From assembly GCA_965153355.1 (NCBI GenBank), contig OZ231126.1, forward strand, positions 44,144,001-44,208,000: DNA of 64,000 nucleotides. Reading direction: 5' to 3'. The translations under genes were made by a program, and so were the position numbers. The stretch is from Flaccisagitta enflata. Lineage: Eukaryota. Below, piece by piece: positions 1 to 10,585 of the stretch (the first letter of the stretch is position 1; the number at the start of each line of letters is the position of its first letter). The notes beneath the pieces are model-generated. The model did no database searches and was not told where the DNA came from. It saw nothing but the letters and a program-made list of their open reading frames with translations.

Positions 1-260
1 GACATTGATTTAACATAAAGGGGTAAATCTATTGATTACTTGAGAAGCATCTTAAGAGGATTACCACATTTTCACTTAAAATTATGTGAAGGCTAAACTA
101 ATGAACTCAGTCTCATGAAATTTCACATGAAAGAATGGTAACTCATGTGCTTTCAGACGCAACCAACCAGGATTTCTCAAAATGAATAGTTATGGCACTG
201 TAAAGGTTTTGCTGGTATCACTTGCTTTTAAAAATAGGGTATGATCGTTAGGCCTATGCA

Positions 261-263
<3 letters not shown>

Positions 264-350
<87 letters not shown>

Positions 351-364
351 AGTGTGTGTGTGTG
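264..364. repeat. (GT)n microsatellite
   Basis: About 50 near-perfect GT units read directly. Confidence 0.97.
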
Positions 365-429
365 AGCAGGGTGTCACAAAGTGCCCGAGCACGCGAGCGG
401 CGCTCGTAGGAAGCTAGCTAGGCTGGTAG

Positions 430-1110
430 GAAGCAAAGGGGGAAGGAAAGAAAGAAAAAAAGTGGAAGAAGGAAAGAAAGAAAGGAAGGAAAAGGAAGGA
501 AAGGAAGAAGGAAAGAAAGAAGGAAGGAAAGAAGGAAGGAAGGAAAGAAGGAAGGAAGTAAGGAAGGAAAGAAGGAAGGAAGGAAGGTAGGAAGAAGAAA
601 GGCAGATAAAGTTTTTTCCTCTTGTTTGTAAATGAAGGAAGGAGAGAAGGAAGGAAGGAAGGAATAAAGGAAGGAAAGAAGGGAGGAGAGAAGGAAGGAA
701 GAAAGGAAGAGGAAAGGCAGAAAAAGTTTTTTCTTTTGTTTGTAAAGGAAGGAATGGAAGGAGGGAAAGCAGGAAGGAAGGAAGGAAGGAAGAAATCAGC
801 AGAAAAAGTTTATTCTCTCTGTTTGTAAAGAAACGAACGAAGGAAAGAAGGAAAGAAAGAAGGAAGGGAGGAAGGAAAAAAGGAAGGAAAAAGAAAAACA
901 AAAAAAGTTTTTTCCTCTTGTTTACATAGAAAGGAAAGAAGGAAGAAAGAAAGGAAGGAAGGAAGGAAGGAAGAAAGGAAGGTAGGAGGAAGAGTGGCAG
1001 AAAAAGTTTTTCTCCTCTTGTTTATAGAGAAAGGAGGGAAAAAACAAAGGAAGGAAGGAAAAAAAGAAGGAAGGAATTAAGGAAGAAGGATGGAAGGAAG
1101 GAGGAAAAAA
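430..1110. repeat. GA-rich low-complexity tract ((GGAA)n with recurring 'ggcagaaaaagttttttcctcttgtttgtaaa' spacer)
   Basis: Purine-only runs punctuated about every 100-120 bp by the same motif. Confidence 0.9.
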
Positions 1111-1606
1111 GGCAAAATGTATTTTTTCCTTCTGTATGTAAAGCCTTCTTAAATACGCTTGTTTGTTTAGATGAAATCCTAGTTCAAAAGAAAATCAAGC
1201 CTTAAAAATCCCAGCCTCAAGGCTCAAAGCCCCCGCCTTAAGGCTCAAATCCTAACCTCGAGCGATGTCACTATCTAATATTTATCAAAAGCGCCTGGGG
1301 CGCTAATTAGAAAAAATATGGTACATCATGTAACACAATATGTTCAACATGCAGTAATCATACGCATTTCCAGTAGGAAGAACACGTGGAGAAATTTTGC
1401 TCGTAGAAAGCAAAAAATTATGTGACGCCCTGTGTGTGAGTGTGTGAGTGTGTACTAGCGTTTGTGTGCGTAATTTGCAGTTGAAGTGTTTCTGAGGGGA
1501 GGGGGAGATGACTCATAAGTCATCACTGTGTGATTTGAAATTCATTTTAGATTGCTAAGCTTGACCAGTGCGTAGTGATAGCAAGACGTTCCTATTGTTC
1601 AAACGA

Positions 1607-2141
1607 TTTTTAGTCGCGTGCTACGCGACTCTACACCCCGCTTTGTCCGTCGGTCGGTCGGTCACACTTTACTTTTTTTTATTCGTTTTATTCCTACTAG
1701 TTTATTTTAAGTCAAATAGGTCATTTAAAGTCAAATTAGATCATTTTAGGTCAGTTTAAGTCAATTTAAGTCATTTGAGTTATTTTAATAGTTTTCATCA
1801 TTTTAGTGATTTTAGGACTGTTTAAGTCAATTTAGGTCAGCTGAATAAAATTTCAGTAAATCTAGGTCAATTTAAGTCATTTTAAGTCATTTTATGTCAA
1901 TTTAAGTCATTTAAAGTCATTTTATACCAATTAAAATCAATTTAAGTTATTTTAGTCACTAAATCTTTTTAGTCATTTTAGGTCAAATTAGGGCATTTTA
2001 AGTCATTTTAGGTCGTTTTAAATTATTTTAAGTCATGTTATATAAATTAAATTCAATAAAAGTCATTTTAGTTATGTGGTTATGTAATAAAGTAATTACA
2101 TATTTAAGTCTCGCGCGCGACTTTTAGGTGTTGGCCTTGTT
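1607..2141 (+). mobile_element. Non-autonomous Helentron-like element (HINE/DINE-1-like), family A
   Basis: TTTT start, hairpin AGTCGCGT-gct-ACGCGACT, (GTCG)n microsatellite, 10-bp TTTTAAGTCA array, end 'gcgacttttaggtgttggccttgtt'; homologous copies at 15269-15622 and 58227-58749. Confidence 0.75.
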
Positions 2142-2222
2142 AATCTACTTTGGGATTTTATTTCCTGCGATAATCTTTCGTCCAGTGAACCGCTTAGTCG
2201 CGGCTAGCCCCCAGCAGCCAGG

Positions 2223-2281
<59 letters not shown>

Positions 2282-2395
2282 AAAAGACTGATAGACAGAC
2301 AGGCAGGCAGATTGACAGAAAGACAGCCAGACTAACGGAAAGAAGAACATACACTGTATGTCACTGTATGTCACAAAGACAGACATGACAAACAA

Positions 2396-2436
<41 letters not shown>

Positions 2437-2738
2437 AAGACAGACTGACAGAGACACATAGAAACACCCAAGGTTGAATTGAAAAAAAGGACGCTTTCTC
2501 GAGGTGGTGTTACAAGGAGTGACGTACGTTAGTGAGGGTTCACAAGACATGTAAATTAGATTGAGTTAATTGTTGGATATAGTTTCTCTTACCATAATCA
2601 TGATGCACAAGCACTTCTTTAGCCGACCTTGTTACCCCTCCGAAGGATCCAGAAACCAAACACTGATGATGAAGCTATTCTTTTGATTTTCATAGTGAAA
2701 AATCTACATGAATCTTATTTTATCTTTTCCTGCATCAG

Positions 2739-2896
2739 GGGATCGAAGTGAGAGTCCAGTGTCATCCTCACCTCCTCCTCCGGCACCTCCTCATCATCCG
2801 CCTCTTCCGCCTCATCTTGGCAACCCATCTCCTCACGGTGGTCTCAATGGCGGCAATTCTCATCGGGGGAACTCTCAATACCCTCATCACCTTCAG
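2739..2896 (+). CDS. Penultimate coding exon (Pro/His/Gly-rich) of a C2H2 zinc-finger transcription factor
   Basis: Acceptor tttcctgcatcAG (2737-2738), donor CAG|GTGAGC (2897); encodes DRSESPVSSSPPPPAPPHHPPLPPHLGN...HHLQ; phase 0 joins in frame to the exon at 3251. Confidence 0.8.
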
Positions 2897-3091
2897 GTGA
2901 GCCATACACTGTTTTAAGTCTCGTGCACGCCACTGTGCGGGTTTCTGTGTCGCTGGGTCCGTCGGTCGTAAACATTGTGTTTTGTGGTACAATACTCTTA
3001 CTTATTTTATGCTGTATGAATGTATGTTTCAACTCCACTGATTAGTTCTTGGTTGACAAACAGTTGATGTAATTGCATTTTTGAATTATTT

Positions 3092-3167
<76 letters not shown>

Positions 3168-3250
3168 TCACACACAAACACACACCCACACACACACAAA
3201 CAATCAAACAAATAAACAAACAAACAAACAAAAACAAAACGCTCAAACAG

Positions 3251-3784
3251 CCTCATCTCAGTCCCGCATCGTTGCTGAACAGCCTTACAGCGTCGGCGGT
3301 CTCCTCGGCTGGCGACCGGGGCGCAAATTCCTCAGGTGGAGCTCTCAACTCGCTCGTCAATTCCTCGCTGGTCGGCGGCGCCGGCGGCGAAGTCGTCCCG
3401 CATCCTCATCAATTTGGAGGCGGCGGCGGTGGAAGAGGCGGTTTGGGTGGTGTTCCGACATCGTTGAGCGGCCTTTTCGGCGGCCTCGGTAACTTGGCAG
3501 CCTTGAAGGGATCGACCGGGCTGGGCGTCGGCGGCATCGGCGGGGGCGGTGATATGGGCGCGGCCGGAGGCAGGCACGAATGTCCCTACTGCGGTCAGTC
3601 GGTGTCTACGAAGCAAGGGCTAGACCAACATGTCAGACTTAAACACACTCACGTCGGTATCAAACCTTGGAAATGCGCGTACTGCGATCACGCTTCGGCG
3701 CTCAAGGGCAATTGTCAAAAACACATTCTCAGAAATCATCCCGGATGCGAGGTCAGAATTGAGAAAATACATCACGTAGAATGA
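3251..3784 (+). CDS. Terminal coding exon with two C2H2 zinc fingers (resembles the variable 3' exons of arthropod BTB-ZF genes such as lola/broad/tramtrack)
   Basis: Acceptor aaacAG at 3249-3250; GC-rich frame PHLSPASLLNSL...; CPYC-x12-H-x4-H, linker THVGIKPWK, CAYC-x12-H-x4-H; TGA at 3782-3784; AATAAA near 4392. Confidence 0.9.
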   Translation, partial: PHLSPASLLNSLTASAVSSAGDRGANSSGGALNSLVNSSLVGGAGGEVVPHPHQFGGGGGGRGGLGGVPTSLSGLFGGLGNLAALKGSTGLGVGGIGGGGDMGAAGGRHECPYCGQSVSTKQGLDQHVRLKHTHVGIKPWKCAYCDHASALKGNCQKHILRNHPGCEVRIEKIHHVE

Positions 3785-5222
3785 AGCAAAGACGATAAGG
3801 AAATTTCAAGACTACAGACTATGCATCCACCCCCCAGAAAACCCAAACTTTACAAGAAGGTTGTTAAAAAAAAAGTGCCATCGCGGAAAAAAAGTAGTTT
3901 AAAAACCCACCTCTCGATTTAGTATGGAAATAAGGTATGGTTGCTAATAGCATTATACATTAAATTTAAAGAACGATCCATATTTCTTATATGCTGGCCC
4001 TGCCCCCCTAAAAAAACGCAAACTGTTCCATATTCGAAAGAAAAACTGAAAGAAGTTACCTAGACAAAACGAACTGTAGTGATTCATTTACTTCCTAGAA
4101 TTCCAAACGTCCCTTTTAATCTTTGACAGTCCTTGACCAGCTATTGACACTTTTTTTCCTGCCATCATTTTCCCATTAACTGAAGCTGTAGTTTCACGAG
4201 GAAGCAAATATTACCTATTCACTGTTCCACTTGGATGCTTCATGCAGCAAAAGTTGAGAATTTCTTTTCACCCTGCTTATCTAATGAAGAGTGGCTAATT
4301 TTAATTTCTTTTTATCAAATTTCTTTTATCTTTTATTTTTTAGCAAGTTTTTTGTAAGACTTGATTTGCTTTATAGTATATTATACCGTGGAATAAATCA
4401 ACATGCTGATATTCTTTGAAATAGTTAAAACTGATTTTTCCTCTCTATAACATTATCTATTTGCATAGCTCTTACATAGTTGTGATGGGTCCGCGGATTG
4501 AACACCAGTAAGAGCTCCAAAGGCTCTTGTCCTTATTGTAGATATTGTTGAGTAGTAATGTTGTCCAACTTTCATAGTATATATTTCATTTTTTAATTCT
4601 AAAATAAATACTATGATGAAGTAACATAACTACTTCGGAAATTTTGTATTGATATTGATTTCTATGGGTAACAAAAAAGTCAAAAATGAAGAAATAAAAA
4701 AAAAAACGCTCATCTTTATGATTTTCAAAATAAACATGAGCAGGAGGCCGTTTCACTGCAAGAGCTAAGGATTGGGGTATTACCCTACACTTCCACAAAT
4801 GATTCAGTCAAACGATTTTTTAATTTTCAAAAAGAAGAATAAATGGAAAATATTCATTGACGGTACTTTCGGTAAGCTTTTATCGCGCTCTTTTTCTTTC
4901 TTTTTTTTGGCAGACTTTTCTAGTCTTAGTTTTCTTAAAAACGCTTGGGGGAAATTTGTTTACAAGAAAATTCAAGGCACAGAATGCCATGGAAACGACC
5001 GGATAGAATTCTAAAAAATGTAGGGTGAAGAGATACTCGTAACTTTTGCTATGTGAAGCTTTCAAATGTCCCACTGGCTCAGTCAATCAAAAGCAGGAAA
5101 ATGAGGAATAAGAAGGGCTTCAGACTCTTGACATGATGCCTTTATCTTTCTTGTTCATTCTCAAGGATCAGTTTAATTTCAACTAATCGCTTTTGATGAA
5201 AACCAGTAAGAAATACTCTAAA

Positions 5223-5377
5223 GGTGCGTCTGCATTAATTTGCTTATTCGGATAATTTATTTGGATAATAATATCCTGAAATTTTATGTAGTAAATTTTG
5301 TAAATTCCCTATGTAGAATATCCGGATATTGATATCCAGATAAAATATCCGAATAAGCGAATCAATGCAGACGCACC
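5223..5377. mobile_element. Small palindromic MITE, PIF/Harbinger(Tourist)-like
   Basis: TIR GGTGCGTCTGCATT...AATGCAGACGCACC extending about 50 bp inward; flanked by taaa / tta. Confidence 0.6.
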
Positions 5378-7313
5378 TTATGTAGCCTTCATTCACGGTT
5401 GAAAATTGAACTGTCAGTATCAACACCTTTAATCCTAACCGCAGGCCTCTTCTTCATGTTCCAATGTTCCACCTCTCTGCAAAGCTCCGCGAATATTTTG
5501 TTACCCCATTTTTACCCTTCTCAAGCACCCCGATTTTGGTGGTCTTCATTATTCTAAAGACCCCCTTGCCCCTTCTATTTTGTATAATGTAAACATATGC
5601 CACTTATGGTTGCTGCAAATTCGTTTCATTCCTATGTTTTAAGTTTTTTGATTCCCAAATATTACATTGATTTGTTTTGGTTCTTCCTGTTTCTGCAAAG
5701 AGTCTTGAAAATGTATAAAGTTTTTTTTTAGAATTGAAGTTGTTACTCCTGTACATCTTATAGTGAATGCATCTAGCATAAACTTAGACTTGTTCAATGT
5801 CTTCAGTGATTATTAGTCATTTTGTATTGTGAAAATATTTCTTAGATGAAATAATCCATTCTGTTCGATAAGAACGATCAAGATTGTGCATACTCATGCA
5901 TCCTTTGTTTCCCCTTACATGCTTTCTTGTTTTTGTCAGCTCCACAAAAAGATGGTCGTCGAAATTAGAACTAACTTATCCGATATTAATTTATTATTAT
6001 TGAGTGCCAAATTTTTTCCCCAATATGCGAGTGCCAAATTGATCAGACGTAGCGTGATTTTTTTTAATATTACACCTCTAAGAATTTCATTCAAAATCTG
6101 AATTGGTTCCTGAAAAGTTAAGTAGAATTCTTGCTGCTCTTAACAGAGTAATGTATGTCATAAGTTTTACGAAATTAACTACTTAATGAATATTGTGGAA
6201 TGACTTGTTATGATCTTGTTACATAGTATACGCCTAATGTCTTCTTAAAAAAGTACTTTTTGTATTAAACGGTACCACCCAGTTCTACTGTCCGTCGTAT
6301 TTTGATAAGCAATATCAATTATCGTAGTTTGTACAGAGGGCGACATATGTTACTCCTTCTAATGATCTTTGTCACCAATTTAGATCACGACCTCAGCATG
6401 GTGATATTCATGTCAGGAATCTGTCAGAAGTGATTTAATTTATAGACATGTTTAGTGGTAGTTCTTAAAGTAAAGAGCGAAAGTTATCGCCAAATAACAT
6501 TTGCTGTGTCGTTTTAATGCGGGAAAGCTTTCTTATTTTGTATACAACTTTTCCAGAGTTTGAACTAAGTTGATGAGGACATCAGGCTAAAACTTCGCAC
6601 ATAATTCTTTGAATATGAAAAAGCCGTTATGTACTTTTTATTAAATTTCGGAGTATGGTATGAACATTGGTAAATAATTTACTTAATTCAGGCATACAGA
6701 TTGTGGAGAAGCGGGAAGATCTTGCACAATGACATTGGTAAAAAATGAAAAAAAAAATATTTTATTTCAAAGTTGGACAAATCATTTCTTCATTGGATTA
6801 TCTTAATAACAATGTTTTTTTTCCAAAAATCTATCATTTTTAAGATTGATATAATGAAAGTAGACTTGATTTTTCCATATTAGACTGCATTCTGTTTGTC
6901 GGAATCTTGCGAGAAAAATTTTTGCTTCCCGGAAGCATGGAAGAATATCTTTATCTGACTTAATTATACAAAAAATTACATTTGAGCATAAGTAGAAGAA
7001 ATGAGTCTTAAAATTAAAACTATTATGTTCAATAAAAGTATTTCATACATACATTCAAGAGTAAAAATACACAAAAATTTTAGGACGTTTCGGGCTTGGA
7101 AAAAAAAAATTACTAGGCCTTTTGAAATAATATGGATGCAAGGAAGAGAAACGAACAATTAGTATAATTTTCCTCTTGCTTTCGTCCTTTCGTAAAAAGT
7201 GTACTTAAGCTTTATCAACCGCGATCAGTATTCTAATTTCGTCTGAGAGACAATTTTAGCGTGTTTCGATATAACATAAGAGGAACTGTCCAAATTTTAA
7301 AATTCCCCCCCCC

Positions 7314-7802
7314 TTTTGGGCAGCGGCCCCGAAGGGGCCGATGACCTATGCTTTCACATATGCAGAAATTTCTCCCTTTCCTCCTTCAGTGTACCCCCCC
7401 CTCCAGACTCCAGGCCCATATCTCAGCCTCAAGACCCAAATTCTAGCCTTGAGGCACAAATCCCAGCCTGGAGGCTCAAATCCCAGCCTGGAGGCTCAAA
7501 TTTCAGCCTGGAAGCTCAAATCCCAGCCTCAAGGCTCAAATCCCAGCCTTGAGGCTCAAATCCCAGCCTTGAGGCTCAAATCCCAGCCCCGAGGCTCAAA
7601 TCCCAGCCCCGAGGCTCAAATCCCAGCCCCGAGGCTCAAATCCCAGCCTCAAGGCCCTAATTCCAGCCTTGAGTCTCAAATAAAAACAGCATAGGTCATC
7701 GGCTCCTTCGGGGCCGCTGCCCCTCTAACCACCTCACACCCACATAAACTCACATAGGGGCAACGGGTACCGCTGACCATCTAACGCTTTTGCGACTATT
7801 TT
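7314..7802 (+). mobile_element. Complete Helentron-like non-autonomous element, family B1
   Basis: TTTT start; 34-bp inverted repeat GGGCAGCGGCCCCGAAGGGGCCGATGACCTATGC at the 5' end and again about 80 bp inside the 3' end; 20-bp GAGGCTCAAATCCCAGCCTT array; tail GGCAACGGGTACCGCTGACCA + CGC-tttt-GCG hairpin + GACTATTT. Confidence 0.75.
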
Positions 7803-8254
7803 TTTTATTGGCTTGTGGCTTCTCCTGAGCTTCTCTGACTCAGAAGCAGATTGTGAAATTTCCTTTCATTTGGAAGGTCCCGCTTAACAGTATCGAAAAA
7901 GAAATTTATATTCAATTGTTTTTTTTTCGCCGTTACAAAATTGTAATGAAGACATAAAAAATGAAAATTGTTTCCCTTTATGAAAGTATACAGTATGACC
8001 TATCAAATAAGAGGAAATTTTCTAAGGATCAACGACTTGAAATTAAGTAAGTAGTAAAAAATCTCAGCCGAAATTCGAAGTTTATGTGTTTCTGTTGGCC
8101 CAGACTCCAAAAGACGCGTTACAAATAATCAGCAGAATCTACATGCCAGAATAGAACGAAAATTATCTAATATAAAATTTTTTTTTACTGTCCAGATCTA
8201 GTTTTGTCATACCCTGGCCCACATGAACCTTAAACAAGCCCGAACTGACAACGA

Positions 8255-8540
8255 TGCGTCCAGACTGTGTCTCTGCGTATATTGATCATGTGACACATAT
8301 GGATTGACAGATGGACAAACAGACAGATGGAACGACAAGAGTAGTAATGGAGGCTCTCAAATCATGTTTGTCTCGCAGTAGATTCAGTGTAGGAACTCGT
8401 CGTAGCCGAAAACGGCCGAAAACCGCGGTTTTTGCACATGCGTAACGGACCGACGGACCGACGGACCGACGGATGGACGGACGGACGGACCGACGGACGG
8501 ACAAACCCTCTTATAGAGATGCGAGGACGCATCTAAAAAA
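8255..8540 (-). mobile_element. Family A-related HINE-like element
   Basis: (GGAC/CGAC)n microsatellite followed by 'ctcttatagagatgcgaggacgcatctaaaaa' hairpin terminus. Confidence 0.6.
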
Positions 8541-9646
8541 CTCGGAATATTGTCGATGCACATCAAATTTGTCTGTCAAACAGCGGTGTCAGGTAAGGTA
8601 GAATAACATCCGGCTAAGAGTAGGATGGATAAATTTTAAGCTGCAATATCTTAATGATTTGTTTGTAACCAAATCTTGAATTACTCTTCTTGTCATGAGA
8701 AAATCAGCACAAGTGAAAAATTATCGATGAATCATGATTTCCTACAGTTATTAAGTGGGCTGTGAATTATATTCAGTATTCAGTTTCGTAATGTATTATC
8801 TCAATTTTTTAAAATGGAAAGCCTAAAGCGGTGCGTAACATGTTCACACTAATTTCCTATAAATGCATTTGAACTGTAAGGAAAGGCGCTTCGCGGTCGT
8901 TTTGAGCGTTACATCCAAAATGTTTCATTTCAGACCGCATCTTTTGAAAAAAAAAATCTTTAATATCGTCTCCATCATCTACAGAAACAACTTTTTCATC
9001 GATATATTCTCAAAATGAAGAGATATTTTCACACGCTCATATTCCATCCCCTAAACAATACAGACTCAGATATTTGACCTTTGACCTTAATCTCCATAAT
9101 TGTACCATAATCATTTCCACAACAATCATTCGCAATTTACAACCAATATCCATTCATTTAATAACATGAAACTGTTTCAGGTGCGACATTGATTGTTGGT
9201 CTCTCTCTCCGAGTTATTTTTATTTTGTTTTTTCCACTTTTTTGTTTTGATTTGTTAACTATACAGTCTCTTATGGCACATTTTACTATTGCCTTTTTAT
9301 GTTTTCGTTGATTATTTGAAGCAAGTTCGTGGGTCGAGAAGGTATCTTCGTTGGCGTATGGAAACGTGCCCAAAAGCTCGCAAGAATGTCAACCACACGT
9401 CATGGCCGTTATTCCTCACGCTGACATTCCTACCTCTCGTCCCTCGAATAAAATCGTCCATGTCTTTTTAATCGTATTCATAATCATTATATCATGTCAA
9501 TTTAGAATCATCAAGTCGTTCATAAATCTCCATTGAAATTATAGATTTTGTCGAAAAAAGTCGCCTTCATTGCATATTCAATAAAATGAACAGTTACAGA
9601 CAGAATACATACAAGATATATTGAGTTAGACGGGGGAGGGGGGGGG

Positions 9647-10162
9647 TTGCGTGCTTCGCATAGCAAAAAATTTGATTTTCTTCTCGTCCCGCTAACCCAA
9701 TATGGAGTGTAAAAAATCATGAGGATGACCGTTTTCTTTTTCTCAAAATTCCTTCATCTTCCGTTTTTGTTTTGGCCTTAAAGTTTACTCAGATTTCCCA
9801 GAATTCAGCAAAATCCTGTGTAGTCTTGTTACAAAAGGAACAATTGTTAATTTTAGAAAACCATGATTTTTGTAAAAATAAATTGAAATATTAGAGCATA
9901 AGTAACGAAAGAGTGTGTGAAAAAGCAGGTAAACAATTCTCAAAAGAGCAGAAGTTTATAAAAGCTAATTCAAAGAAGATCAGCATACTTTTTTTATCCC
10001 ACTGCAATATACAAATTAGGCTCTCAAAAACAATTTTCTAAAAAACGGAAGATGAACAATTTTTGATAAAAGAAAAATGGTAAGGGTCCTAAAATTGCCC
10101 ACTCCACATTAGGTAAAGAGGATGAAAAGAAATAAGCAACTTTTGCTATGTGAAGCACCCAA
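9647..10162. mobile_element. TIR element with TTGGGTG-type ends (MULE-like), flanked by G-runs
   Basis: TTGCGTGCTTCGCATAGCAAAA...TTTTGCTATGTGAAGCACCCAA; further left ends at 10171 and 10277; homologous interior at about 19970-20390. Confidence 0.65.
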
Positions 10163-10585
10163 GGGGGGGGTTGGATACTTCACAAAGCAAAAGTCGATTA
10201 TTTCTCTTTACCCAATATGGAGTATCTAATTTAGGACAAAAATCATTCATCTTCTATTTTTTAGCAATTTCAAGGGTTGGGTGCTTCACATAGCAAAAGT
10301 TGGGAGCAGGGGCGGCGAGAGGGGGGTCCATCCCCCTCTGAGAAGGGGGGCCCGGGCCCTAGGGGCCTGGGGGCCCTGAGGAAAGGGGAAAAAAAGAAGA
10401 AAAAAAAGGAGAAAAAAAAAAGAAAAGAAAAGAAAAAAGAAAAACAAAAAACAAAAAGAAAGAAGAGAAAAATAAAAGGAAAACAAAGAGTGATCAAATT
10501 TAGATTAGATCATTTCATCTAGATTAAAGGCACAAAAAAAACTCAGTAAAACACTATTGCCAGGTTGCATTTCCTGGAGGTAGAA

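Noticed and set aside
7316-7694. 20-bp repeat array considered as a CRISPR-like array or coding repeat
   Set aside because: Contiguous tandem units with no unique spacers, eukaryotic context, internal to a dispersed element
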